Source of the DNA: Pyrinomonadaceae bacterium
GTDB lineage: Bacteria > Acidobacteriota > Blastocatellia > Pyrinomonadales > Pyrinomonadaceae
Assembly: GCA_035563535.1 (NCBI GenBank)
Contig: DATMVD010000010.1
Span: forward strand, 186,222 to 250,221
Length of the DNA: 64,000 nucleotides
Reading direction: 5' to 3'
Below, one piece after another: positions 1 to 12,931 of the stretch. A program made the position numbers and the translations under genes. The notes under the pieces were generated by a model, which had not been told where the DNA came from, ran no database searches, and was given only the letters and a program-made list of their open reading frames with translations. The first letter of the stretch is position 1. Each line of letters begins with the position of its first letter.

Positions 1-66
1 AGCCTCGATGACGTAGAAGTCGTGGACGCGCCGGTCGAAGGCGGAGGTCGAGTAGTCGCGCCTCAC
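1..66 (-). CDS. 3' fragment of a small ORF downstream of the atuA-like gene (protein runs off the window start). Possible GTG start at 66. Function unknown.
   Basis: Open frame on the minus strand from position 137 to 1, with GC-rich third codon positions. The only in-frame start is GTG at 64-66. Not in the ORF track because no stop lies in the window. Confidence 0.25.
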   Translation of the reverse strand, partial: MRRDYSTSAFDRRVHDFYVIEA

Positions 67-137
67 CTTGAAGACGCGGCAGTCCGCGACCTGCTCCGAG
101 CGTTCGCGCCTCCAAAGGAGTGCAGAATTGTCGTCCT

Positions 138-1514
<1,377 letters not shown>

Positions 1515-1539
1515 AAAGTTACGGTTGGGAGAATACTAT

Positions 1540-1673
1540 CAGGCGTGGACGGTAAACCGTAAACCGTGAAGAGCCGTGAACCGTGAGCCGTAAACCGTGA
1601 CAAGTAAGAACTGCTTTCTTCTTGTCACGGTTTACGGCTCACGGTTCACGGCTCTTCACGGTTCACGCCTGAT
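1540..1673. repeat. Family-A palindromic element. Arms are built from tandem GTAAACCGTGA-like units. The core is GACAAG-loop-CTTGTC, with an outer 10-bp inverted repeat ATCAGGCGTG/CACGCCTGAT.
   Basis: Left arm GTAAACCGTAAACCGTGAAGAGCCGTGAACCGTGAGCCGTAAACCGTGACAAG is matched by a near-perfect reverse complement on the right, with a 16-nt loop. Lies between atuA-like (start 1514) and the secreted-protein gene (end 1683). Confidence 0.8.
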
Positions 1674-1682
1674 TTACTTCGG

Positions 1683-2318
1683 TCAGCGGCCACGGCCCTG
1701 CGTGAACGTCAGCCTGTTGCTGGTCTGGGGCGCGGGCCAGAGCCGCAGACTTTCGCCGCGCTTGCGCGCGCGGACGTTGAAGACGAGGGGCGTGGGCGGC
1801 GTCCCGACCGAGATGTCCGTGAAGTAGAAGGCCGCGCTGGCTTCGCCGCGCGTGAGCACGGCGTAGACGCGGCCGTTGTGGTTCATGCCCTCGCCCGTCA
1901 GCGTGAAGGTGTTGCCGGTGATGGTCAGCGTGGCCGGGCCGGCCATCTCGTGGCCGCCCGTCGTCGTGACGCGCCCCTCGTAGGTGCCGGACAGGTCAAC
2001 CTGTTCGCCGCTCAGGTCGCCGCGCGAGTCGTCGTCCTGCGCGGCGGCCGCAGCGCCCGAGGTCTCGGGCGTCGTGCCGGGCTCCATCGTCGTGTTGGCG
2101 TTGGCGTCGGCCGCGGCGGCGGGGCGGCGTCTCCCCCTCCGGCCGCGGCGCGGGGCGGTCATGTTGGCGTTCGCGTTGTCGTTCTGGACGCTCTCTTCGG
2201 TCGTGCTGGTGTTGGTGTTCTGCACGAGCGCGCCCGCGTCGGCCAGCACGAGCGCGGCGCTGGAGAAGGCCGCGAAGAGAAGGACGACGAAAAATCTCAC
2301 TGTGCTCTTGTTGCTCAC
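1683..2318 (-). CDS. Secreted hypothetical protein with an N-rich low-complexity region. Probable GTG start; the ORF-track N-terminal extension was rejected.
   Basis: Signal-peptide-like VSNKSTVRFFVVLLFAAFSSAALVLA immediately after a GTG at 2316-2318. AGGAGG lies 10 nt upstream. The ORF-track extension to 2801 is Arg/Gly-rich nonsense. Confidence 0.45.
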   Translation of the reverse strand: MSNKSTVRFFVVLLFAAFSSAALVLADAGALVQNTNTSTTEESVQNDNANANMTAPRRGRRGRRRPAAAADANANTTMEPGTTPETSGAAAAAQDDDSRGDLSGEQVDLSGTYEGRVTTTGGHEMAGPATLTITGNTFTLTGEGMNHNGRVYAVLTRGEASAAFYFTDISVGTPPTPLVFNVRARKRGESLRLWPAPQTSNRLTFTQGRGR

Positions 2319-2494
2319 GGATGGTTTGCCTCCTGTCTGCTGCTGCGCGCGCCGCGACTCGCGCCGGCACACGTCAGCGAAAGTGTGGAAACCCTCTGGA
2401 TTCGGATTGCTTGGTTGGGCCAAGTTTCGCACAACGGGGTGAGCGTTGCACGGATTTTTTTCAAAGGCTCGGACGGCCCCGGCCCCCCTCCACT

Positions 2495-4135
<1,641 letters not shown>

Positions 4136-4199
4136 TATAATTTTCCCGGGAGACTGGATCGGCTGGAAAATAACACAGCGCCCGACGACAAAACAATTG

Positions 4200-4345
4200 A
4201 ACGCCGGGGCGCGGGCATCCCTGCCCACCAAGAGCGCGCCGGCGCGAAGGCCGTGAGACTTTAAATCCAGGGTCGCGGGATGAAGCTTCACGGCTAGGCG
4301 TGCTCTCGCACGCTTTAGCGGGCAGGGATGCCCGCGCCCCCGGCT
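4200..4345. repeat. Long-range inverted repeat (23-bp arms CCGGGGCGCGGGCATCCCTGCCC / GGGCAGGGATGCCCGCGCCCCCGG) enclosing smaller hairpins
   Basis: Seen directly. The arms at 4200-4222 and 4322-4345 are reverse complements. An inner perfect hairpin GCGTGCTCTCGCACGC lies near 4300. Located in the divergent intergenic region between the carboxylase and HAD genes. Confidence 0.5.
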
Positions 4346-4477
4346 AAACTGTTGAAAACGCACGGCGGTTACAAAAACGGGTCGAAATAGGGTAAACTTT
4401 CCGCCCTGCAACAACTTTAAGCCGGAGCATTTGGGCCGCAGCAGTATTCCGACCCGTTTTGAGTTGGAGGACTCTTT

Positions 4478-5140
4478 TTGGCAGCCGCCGCTTTCTACGA
4501 CCTCGAAGGGACTCTGGTGAGCACGAACCTCGTGCACACGCTCGGCTTCTACGCGCGCAACCAGCAGGGGCTTCTGCGCTCCATCCAGAAGGGGGCCTCG
4601 ACCCTGGTGAGCATCCCCCTGTTCGCCGCGGCCGACGCCTACAGCCGCATGGTCTTCAACGACATCTTCTTCCGCCGCTACAAGGGGCAGTCGGAAGACC
4701 GCCTGCGCTTCTTCGCGCAGGACCTGTTCGAGGACGTTCTGAAGCCCGCCGTCTTCCCCGGCGCGAAGACGCTGATTCGGAAGTCGCGCAGCCTCGGGCT
4801 CCGGCAGGTCGTCGTCACCGGCGCGCTCGACTTCTCGGTCGCGCCCCTGATGGAGTACCTCGGCGTGGACGACTTCGTCGCCAACCGCCTTGAGTTCGTC
4901 AACGGCGTCGCCACGGGGCGGCTCCTCCCCCCCGTGCTCGCCTCCGCCACCAAGGCCTCCTGGATTCGCACCTACGCCGAGAAGCACGGCATCAACCTGA
5001 GCGACTCCTACGCCTACAGCGACAGCATGAGCGACCTGCCCATGCTCTCCATCGTCGGCCACCCGGCGGCCGTCAACCCGGACATGCGGCTCAAACAAAC
5101 GGCCATGCACCACGACTGGCCGATCCTGAACCTTAAGTAA
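4478..5140 (+). CDS. HAD-IB family hydrolase (phosphoserine-phosphatase-like)
   Basis: 220 aa with a TTG start 7 nt after GGAGG. N-terminal FYDLEGTLV is a DxDGT-like HAD motif I. SerB/HAD-IB-like throughout. Confidence 0.75.
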   Translation: MAAAAFYDLEGTLVSTNLVHTLGFYARNQQGLLRSIQKGASTLVSIPLFAAADAYSRMVFNDIFFRRYKGQSEDRLRFFAQDLFEDVLKPAVFPGAKTLIRKSRSLGLRQVVVTGALDFSVAPLMEYLGVDDFVANRLEFVNGVATGRLLPPVLASATKASWIRTYAEKHGINLSDSYAYSDSMSDLPMLSIVGHPAAVNPDMRLKQTAMHHDWPILNLK

Positions 5141-5166
5141 ATGGTAAATAGTAAATAGTGAATGGA
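5141..5166. repeat. Left inverted repeat flanking the four-helix-bundle gene (AT-rich variant of the family-A unit: GGTAAATAGTAAATAGTGAATGG)
   Basis: Matches in reverse complement the element at 5548-5578 (CCATTTACCATTTACTATTCACCATTTAC). Composition is AT-rich against the GC-rich background. Confidence 0.6.
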
Positions 5167-5178
5167 GGTTCTTTGACG

Positions 5179-5541
5179 ATGAGACCTCATGAAAAGCTGG
5201 AGGTGTGGAGTTCGGCAATGGATTTTGTTGTTGAGGTCTATCGTTCGACCGAGGCTTTCCCTAAAGAAGAGAAATTCGGATTGACTTCGCAGATACGGCG
5301 AGCAGCCGTCTCGGTTCCCGCGAACATCGCCGAGGGCGCGGCCCGGCAGTCGCCCAAAGTGTTCATGCACTTCTTATCCAACGCACAAGGGTCGGCCAGC
5401 GAGCCTGAAACTGAACTAACAATTGCATATCGGCTAGGGTATCTGGCGCAAGGCAGGTACTCCGAGTTGTCGGCGGCGGTCGATAAAATCGGCCGCATGC
5501 TCACCGGCCTTTCCCGACACCTGAAACGTAAAGCAACCTAG
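5179..5541 (+). CDS. Four-helix-bundle protein (TIGR02436 family; 23S rRNA intervening-sequence protein type)
   Basis: 120 aa from MRPHEKLEVW. GGAGG lies 10 nt upstream of ATG 5179; the track's alternative GTG is at 5158. Family similarity (EKxxVWxxAxxFxxxVY... NIAEGxxR). Flanked by inverted repeats. Confidence 0.75.
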   Translation: MRPHEKLEVWSSAMDFVVEVYRSTEAFPKEEKFGLTSQIRRAAVSVPANIAEGAARQSPKVFMHFLSNAQGSASEPETELTIAYRLGYLAQGRYSELSAAVDKIGRMLTGLSRHLKRKAT

Positions 5542-5547
5542 CTCTTT

Positions 5548-5578
5548 CCATTTACCATTTACTATTCACCATTTACTA
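5548..5578. repeat. Right inverted repeat flanking the four-helix-bundle gene
   Basis: Reverse-complement partner of 5141-5166. Lies between the 4HB stop (5541) and the larA-like start (5583). Confidence 0.6.
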
Positions 5579-5582
5579 AACC

Positions 5583-7181
<1,599 letters not shown>

Positions 7182-7220
7182 GTTGTGCGAGAATAGGCGG
7201 ACGTTCGGACATCCTCGCTA

Positions 7221-10200
7221 GTGACTATGAAATTTTCGCCCACAGAGACTTTTAACGGCCGGAACGTCTTCATCATCGGCGCGACGGGGTTCGTCGGGAA
7301 GGTGGCGCTCTCCATGCTGCTCGACCGCTTCCCCGGCATCGGGCGGGTCTACGTGACGGTGCGCGCGCGCGGGAAGGAAGAGTCCGAGGCCCGCTTCTGG
7401 AACAACGTCATCACCGCCCCGCCCTTCGACCCTCTGCGCGAGCGCTACGGCGCGGCCTTCGAGGACTTCATCCGCGACAAGGTCAGGCTCGTCAACGGCG
7501 ACATCAGCGAGGAGCGCCTCGGCTTCACCGAGGAGGAGGCCGAAGAGGTCGCCGGAGACATCGACGTGCTCGTCAACTCGGCGGGCAACGTCACCTTCAA
7601 CCCGCCCTTGGAGAGCGCGCTGCGCACCAACGTCGTCGGCACGCAGAACGTCATCAAGTTCGTCAAAAGGATGAAGCGCCCCGCGCTCGTCCACATCTCG
7701 ACCTGCTTCGTCGCGGGCAACCGTTCGGGGCCCGTCTGGGAGAGCGACCCCGTCCTCGGCTACTTCCCGCGCAAGGAGGAGCTGCCGGGCGTCGAGTTCA
7801 GCGCCGAGCAGGAGATACGCGACTGCGCGAAGCTGGCCGAGCGCGTCAGGGAGGAGGCGCGCGACGCCTTGCAGGCCGCGCGCTTCAGGGAGCTGGCGCG
7901 CAAGCGGCTCTACGAGGAGGGGCGCGACCCCGACGACCTCGACCAGATGGGGCTCGCCGTCGCGCGCGAGCGCAAGCTGTGGACGCGCGAGCGCCTGACC
8001 GAGCTGGGCACCGAGCGCGCCCTCTTCTGGGGCTGGCCCAACATCTACACCTACACCAAGAGCCTCGGCGAGCAGCTCGTCGCGGCCGAATCGGACATCG
8101 TCCGCTCCATCGTCCGCCCCTCCATCGTCGAGTCGGCGAAGGACTTCCCCTTCCCCGGCTGGAACGAGGGCTTCACGACGACCGCCCCCATCATCTTCAT
8201 CGCCCTCAAGGGGCAGCAGATGATTCCGGTCAACGACAAGCTCATCCTCGACATCACGCCGGTCGATCAGGTCGCCGCCGTCATGCTCGGCGCGGCGGCC
8301 GAGGCCATCGTGACCGACACGCCGCGGCTCGTCTACCAGGCCGCGACGGGCGACAGCAACCCGAACACGCTGGAGCGGATCGTCAACCTCGTCGGGCTCT
8401 ACAAGCGCAAGCACTTCCGGGAGAAGGAGACGGGCTTCCGGCTCCTCAACGAGCTGGCCGGGCGGATGGAGGCCAAGCCCGTCACCCCCGCGCGCTTCGA
8501 GGCGCTGTCCACGCCGATGGTCAACGCCGCGGCGAAGCGCGCCTCCTCGCTCCTCGACCGCGTGCGGCCGCGCTGGGGCGGCGGGAAGTTCACGCACCTC
8601 GTCGATCAGGCGAAGGCCACGGTCGAGCGCGTCGAGGCCGTGACGCGCGAGACCAAGGCGGCGTTCGAGCTCTTCCGCCCCTTCATGATCGAGAACGAGT
8701 ACATCTTCCGCGCCGACAACGTGCGGGCGCTCTTCGCCGAGGTGCCCGCGGACGAGCGGCGGCTGCTGCGCTGGGACCCGGAGGCGTTCGACTGGTACGA
8801 CTACATGATGAACGTCCACTTCCCCGGCCTCAAGAAGTGGGTCTTCCCGACGCTCGAAGAGGACATGCGCGCGCAGCCCCGCAGGGTCTACACCTACCGC
8901 GACCTGCTCGAACTCTTCGAGACCTCGGCCAAGCGCTACTCGACGCGCGTCGCCATGCGCATCGAGCGCGACGGGCAGAAGGAGCAGTACACCTACGCCG
9001 ACATACAGGAGCTTGCGACGCGCGCCGCCGCCTTCTTCGCTTCTCAAGGCGTGAAGCCCGCCGACCGCGTGCTGCTCGTCAGCCACAACGCGCCCGAGTG
9101 GGGCATCAGCTACTTCGGTGTCCTCAAGGCCGGCGCGACCTGCGTCCCCGTTGACCCCGAGAGCAAGACGGAAGAGCTCGTCAACTTCGTCCGCGCGAGC
9201 GGAGCCACCGGGCTCGTCCTCGGCGAGAAGGCCGACGATGAGCACGCCGACCTTCAGGAGAAGCTTCTCGAAGCGAGATTAGAGGCGCGCATCTGGCGCT
9301 ACGCGGAAGTCTTCGAGCTGACCGACGAACAGTCGGAAGACGAGCGCATCGCGCTCCTGCCGGCGAAGGTCTCGCCGAACGCGGTCGCGTCGCTCATCTT
9401 CACCTCCGGCACGACTGGGCAGCCGAAGGGCGTCATGCTCTCGCACAAGAACCTGACGAACATGGTCTCGATGCTCTCGTCGGTCTTCGAGATGGACACG
9501 GGCGACGGCATCCTCTCCGTGCTCCCGCTCTACCACACCTTCGAGTTCTCGACCGGCTTCCTCACGCCCTTCAGCCGCGGCACGCAGATAACGTACCTGG
9601 CCGACCTGAACGGCGAGGAACTCGCCCGCGCCATCAAGAACGGGCACGTCACGGGCATGGTCGGCGTCCCGGCGCTGTGGGAACTCCTGCACCGCCGCAT
9701 CATGAACCGCCTGCGCGAGCGCGGCGAGTGGGTCGGCAACGTCGCCGAGGCGCTCATCAAGTTCAACAGCCGCCTGCGCGACCGGACGCCCTTGAACCTC
9801 GGCTCGGTCATCTTCCGCCCCATCCACACCGGCCTGGGCGGGCAGATTCGCTACCTGATAAGCGGGGGCTCGGCGCTCAACGAGAAGGTGAAGCGCGACA
9901 TGCACGGCCTCGGGTTCACCATCCTCGAAGGCTACGGGCTGACCGAAGCCTCGCCCGTGCTAACCGTGACGCGCCCGCAGAACGCGCTCAACGCGGCGAG
10001 CGTCGGGCGGCCCCTGCCCGGCGTCGAGCTGCGCATCAGCGACCCGGACGCCAGCGGCATCGGCGAGGTCATCGCGCGCGGCCCCAACGTCATGCTCGGC
10101 TACTACCAGAACGAGCAGGCGACGCAGTCGGCCATCGTCTCGCGCTGGCTCCACACGGGCGACCTCGGCCGCATCGACGAGGACGGCAACCTCTACCTCG

Positions 10201-11660
10201 TCGGCCGCTCCAAGGAGATCATCGTCGATACGAACGGCAAGAACGTCTACCCCGACGAGATCGAGGAGCTCTACAAGGACTCGCCCTACGTCAAGGAGAT
10301 CGGCGTCGTGGGCCTGCCCGACGGCATCGGCGAGAAGGTCGCGGCGCTCGTCTTCCCCGACTACGACCACGACATCGCGCTTCAGCGCGACGAAGTCCAA
10401 CGCCGCGTCGAGAACCACTTCCGCGAAGTCTCCTCGACGCTCCCCTTCTACAAGCGGGTCAAGTCGCTCTACTTCGCCGAGGAGGAGCTGCCGCGCACGG
10501 CCACGCGCAAGGTGAAGCGGCGCGAAGTCGTCAGGCTCATCCAGTCGCTCGAAGAGTCGAAGCGCGCCGGCATCACCGAGAAGACCGCGCCGCGCGAGCA
10601 GCACCACGACGCCGACTGGCTGCTGGGGCTGGTCGCCAACGTCTCGTCGCGGCCGCGCGCGCAGGTCACTCTGGATTCGCGCCTCTCGGAACTCGGCTTC
10701 GACAGCCTGATGTTCGTCGAGCTGGCCTCGGCCATCGAGCAGGCGGGCGGCGCGCTCGTCTCGCCCGACACTTTGAACGAGGTGGTTGACGTGCGCGAGC
10801 TCTACTCGGTCGTCAAGCGGCGCGAGACGGCCGCCAACCGCCGCGCGGCTGAGGCGCGGGCCGAGGAGGACGCGCGAGAGTCGGAGAAGGAGATTTCCGT
10901 CCCCACGCTGCTGCGCTCGACCGGCAACCGCGTCATCGACGCGGCGCAGCGCGCGCTCTACGAGAACGTCCTCAAGGCGCACGTCGAGGGGCAGTCGAAC
11001 ATCCCGACGCACACCAACTTCATCTGCGCGACGAACCACACGTCGCACCTGGACACCGGTTTAATCAAGTACGCGCTCGGCGAGTACGGCCGCGACATGG
11101 TGGCGCTCGCGGCGGCCGACTACTTCTTCGACAACAAGTACAAGCGCGCCTACATGAACAACTTCACGAACATCGTGCCCATCGAGCGTTCGGGGAGCCT
11201 GCGGCAGTCGCTCCGGCACGCGCGCTCGTTCCTTGAGCGCGGCTACTCGGCGCTCATCTTCCCCGAGGGCACGCGCTCGATGACGGGGCAGATGGCGGAG
11301 TTCAAGTCGGGCTTCGCCTACCTCGCCTTGAACACGCGCACGGGCATCCTGCCCGCCTACCTCTGGGGCACGTACGAGGCTTTCCCGAAGGGCTCGACCT
11401 TCCTCAAGGGGCGCGAGGTCGGCGCGCGCATCGGCCGCTACCTCGACATCGAAGAGCTGGAGGGGCTGACGAAGGGCATGCCGCGCGCGGAAGCCTACCG
11501 CCTCGTCGCCGCGCTCGTCCGCCACGAGATCGAGAACCTCCGCGACGGCACGCGCCACGCCTTCGACGCCACGGCGCTGCGCCGCCGCTGGAAGGCCGAG
11601 CGCCGCCACGAGACCCCGGAGGCGCACGACGAGAGCGAGATGGCGACGACCGGCGATTAA
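7221..11660 (+). CDS. Four-domain lipid-metabolism enzyme. Domains in order: fatty acyl-CoA reductase (NAD-binding), AMP-dependent acyl ligase, phosphopantetheine carrier domain, and C-terminal PlsC/LPLAT acyltransferase.
   Basis: 1479 aa. Motifs seen: GATGFVG Rossmann and YTYTK (YxxxK) for the reductase; TSGTTGQPKG, GYGLTE, TGDLGR and PRTATRKVKR for the adenylation domain; LGFDSLMFVELA for the carrier Ser; NHTSHLD (HX4D) plus FPEGTRS for the acyltransferase. GTG start at 7221, with an alternative ATG at 7227. Confidence 0.85.
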   Translation: MTMKFSPTETFNGRNVFIIGATGFVGKVALSMLLDRFPGIGRVYVTVRARGKEESEARFWNNVITAPPFDPLRERYGAAFEDFIRDKVRLVNGDISEERLGFTEEEAEEVAGDIDVLVNSAGNVTFNPPLESALRTNVVGTQNVIKFVKRMKRPALVHISTCFVAGNRSGPVWESDPVLGYFPRKEELPGVEFSAEQEIRDCAKLAERVREEARDALQAARFRELARKRLYEEGRDPDDLDQMGLAVARERKLWTRERLTELGTERALFWGWPNIYTYTKSLGEQLVAAESDIVRSIVRPSIVESAKDFPFPGWNEGFTTTAPIIFIALKGQQMIPVNDKLILDITPVDQVAAVMLGAAAEAIVTDTPRLVYQAATGDSNPNTLERIVNLVGLYKRKHFREKETGFRLLNELAGRMEAKPVTPARFEALSTPMVNAAAKRASSLLDRVRPRWGGGKFTHLVDQAKATVERVEAVTRETKAAFELFRPFMIENEYIFRADNVRALFAEVPADERRLLRWDPEAFDWYDYMMNVHFPGLKKWVFPTLEEDMRAQPRRVYTYRDLLELFETSAKRYSTRVAMRIERDGQKEQYTYADIQELATRAAAFFASQGVKPADRVLLVSHNAPEWGISYFGVLKAGATCVPVDPESKTEELVNFVRASGATGLVLGEKADDEHADLQEKLLEARLEARIWRYAEVFELTDEQSEDERIALLPAKVSPNAVASLIFTSGTTGQPKGVMLSHKNLTNMVSMLSSVFEMDTGDGILSVLPLYHTFEFSTGFLTPFSRGTQITYLADLNGEELARAIKNGHVTGMVGVPALWELLHRRIMNRLRERGEWVGNVAEALIKFNSRLRDRTPLNLGSVIFRPIHTGLGGQIRYLISGGSALNEKVKRDMHGLGFTILEGYGLTEASPVLTVTRPQNALNAASVGRPLPGVELRISDPDASGIGEVIARGPNVMLGYYQNEQATQSAIVSRWLHTGDLGRIDEDGNLYLVGRSKEIIVDTNGKNVYPDEIEELYKDSPYVKEIGVVGLPDGIGEKVAALVFPDYDHDIALQRDEVQRRVENHFREVSSTLPFYKRVKSLYFAEEELPRTATRKVKRREVVRLIQSLEESKRAGITEKTAPREQHHDADWLLGLVANVSSRPRAQVTLDSRLSELGFDSLMFVELASAIEQAGGALVSPDTLNEVVDVRELYSVVKRRETAANRRAAEARAEEDARESEKEISVPTLLRSTGNRVIDAAQRALYENVLKAHVEGQSNIPTHTNFICATNHTSHLDTGLIKYALGEYGRDMVALAAADYFFDNKYKRAYMNNFTNIVPIERSGSLRQSLRHARSFLERGYSALIFPEGTRSMTGQMAEFKSGFAYLALNTRTGILPAYLWGTYEAFPKGSTFLKGREVGARIGRYLDIEELEGLTKGMPRAEAYRLVAALVRHEIENLRDGTRHAFDATALRRRWKAERRHETPEAHDESEMATTGD

Positions 11661-11678
11661 CCAAGACCCTCAAAGTTA

Positions 11679-12791
11679 ATGGCGACGACAAAGAAAACCG
11701 GCACAAAGAAGGCCGCGACGAAGACGAAGAAGGCCGACGCCGTCGCGCCCGAAAACACTTCCCTCACGAAGAGGGCGAAGCCGGTCACGCTCGTGACGGG
11801 CGGGACGGGTTTTCTGGGCTCGCACCTCGTGAGGCTTCTGGCCGAGGAGGGCGCGGGGTCGCTGCGCGTGCTTTCGACTTCGGCCCCGGCGTGGCTCGAA
11901 GAGCTGGGCGTGGAGACGGTCGTGGGCTCCATCACGTCGCCGGAGGACGTGCGGCGCGCGTGCGAGGGCGCGGGCGAGGTCTACCACCTCGCGGGGCGCG
12001 TCTCGCGCGAGCCGGGGGACGCGCACCTGATGTACGAGCTGCACGTGACGGGGACGCGCGTGCTGTGCGAGGCGGCCCTCCAGGCGGGCGTCAAGTCGAT
12101 CGTGATGGCCTCGACGAGCGGGACGGTGGCCGTCACCGAGGATGGCGGCGTGCTGCCCGACGAGGATTGGCCGACGCCTCTGGAGATCGTCTCGCGCTGG
12201 CCCTACTACGCGAGCAAGGTCTACCAGGAGCGCGCGGCGCTTGAGAGCTTCTCGGGGAAGGGGCGGCGGCTCGTCATCATGAACCCGTCGCTGCTGCTCG
12301 GCCCCGGCGACGAGCGCCTGAGTTCGACGAAGGTCGTGCTCGACTTCCTCGCGCGCAAGATTCCGACGGTGCCGAAGGGCGGGCTGAGTTTTGTTGACGC
12401 CCGCGACGCGGCCGCCAGCTTCCGCGCGGCGATGGAGCGCGGCGCGCACGGCGGGCGCTACCTTCTGGGTTCGGCCAACTGGACGTTCGACAAGTTCTTC
12501 GGCCGGCTGGAGCGCATCACGAAGGTTCCCGCGCCCTTCCTCTCGCTGCCGTCAAAGTTGACGCTCGCGGGCGCGCGCGGGCTAAGCTCACTCTACAAGC
12601 ACTGGAAGCTCGCGCCGCCCGTCGAGCCGGCCGAGATCGAGATGGCCGAATACTTCTGGTACCTCGACGCCTCGAAGGCGCACGCCGACCTCGGCTTCGA
12701 CCCGCGCGACCCGCAGGAGACTCTGCTCGACACCGTCACCTACGTCCGCGAAAACTTCCTCGGCAACGCCGCGTTTAAAACCGCCGGCTAA
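11679..12791 (+). CDS. NAD-dependent epimerase/dehydratase family protein (SDR-extended)
   Basis: 370 aa. Contains VTGGTGFLGSHLV Rossmann and a YASK motif. Starts 19 nt after the upstream stop and is probably co-transcribed with the four-domain enzyme. Confidence 0.8.
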   Translation: MATTKKTGTKKAATKTKKADAVAPENTSLTKRAKPVTLVTGGTGFLGSHLVRLLAEEGAGSLRVLSTSAPAWLEELGVETVVGSITSPEDVRRACEGAGEVYHLAGRVSREPGDAHLMYELHVTGTRVLCEAALQAGVKSIVMASTSGTVAVTEDGGVLPDEDWPTPLEIVSRWPYYASKVYQERAALESFSGKGRRLVIMNPSLLLGPGDERLSSTKVVLDFLARKIPTVPKGGLSFVDARDAAASFRAAMERGAHGGRYLLGSANWTFDKFFGRLERITKVPAPFLSLPSKLTLAGARGLSSLYKHWKLAPPVEPAEIEMAEYFWYLDASKAHADLGFDPRDPQETLLDTVTYVRENFLGNAAFKTAG

Positions 12792-12818
12792 ACAGTACCG
12801 CGAGCGGTTTGCGCGTGA
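12790..12818. repeat. Isolated half-arm of a family-D element (AACAGTACCGCGAGCGGT...)
   Basis: Matches the left arms at 48433 and 52197 but has no right-arm partner. Immediately followed by a family-C hairpin. Confidence 0.5.
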
Positions 12819-12831
12819 GCTTCCCTTCGTC

Positions 12832-12906
12832 CGTTTAGAGGCGGTCTCCGACCGCCGGCCCGAGTCACACCGCGGCACGCGGCGGGCACAGCCCGCCTCT
12901 AAACGG
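12832..12906. repeat. Family-C palindromic element (CGTTTAGAGGCGG...CCGCCTCTAAACGG)
   Basis: Inverted repeat seen directly. Sits between the convergent epimerase (+) and lipid kinase (-) genes. The same family occurs at 23979 and 26423. Confidence 0.75.
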
Positions 12907-12931
12907 GAGGTGAGTTGATACGCACACCGCT

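Noticed and set aside
5158-5178. Upstream GTG start (track 5158) for the four-helix-bundle gene
   Set aside because: The GGAGG Shine-Dalgarno at 5164-5168 lies inside that extension and is optimally spaced for the ATG at 5179. The family normally begins near the EKLxVW motif.
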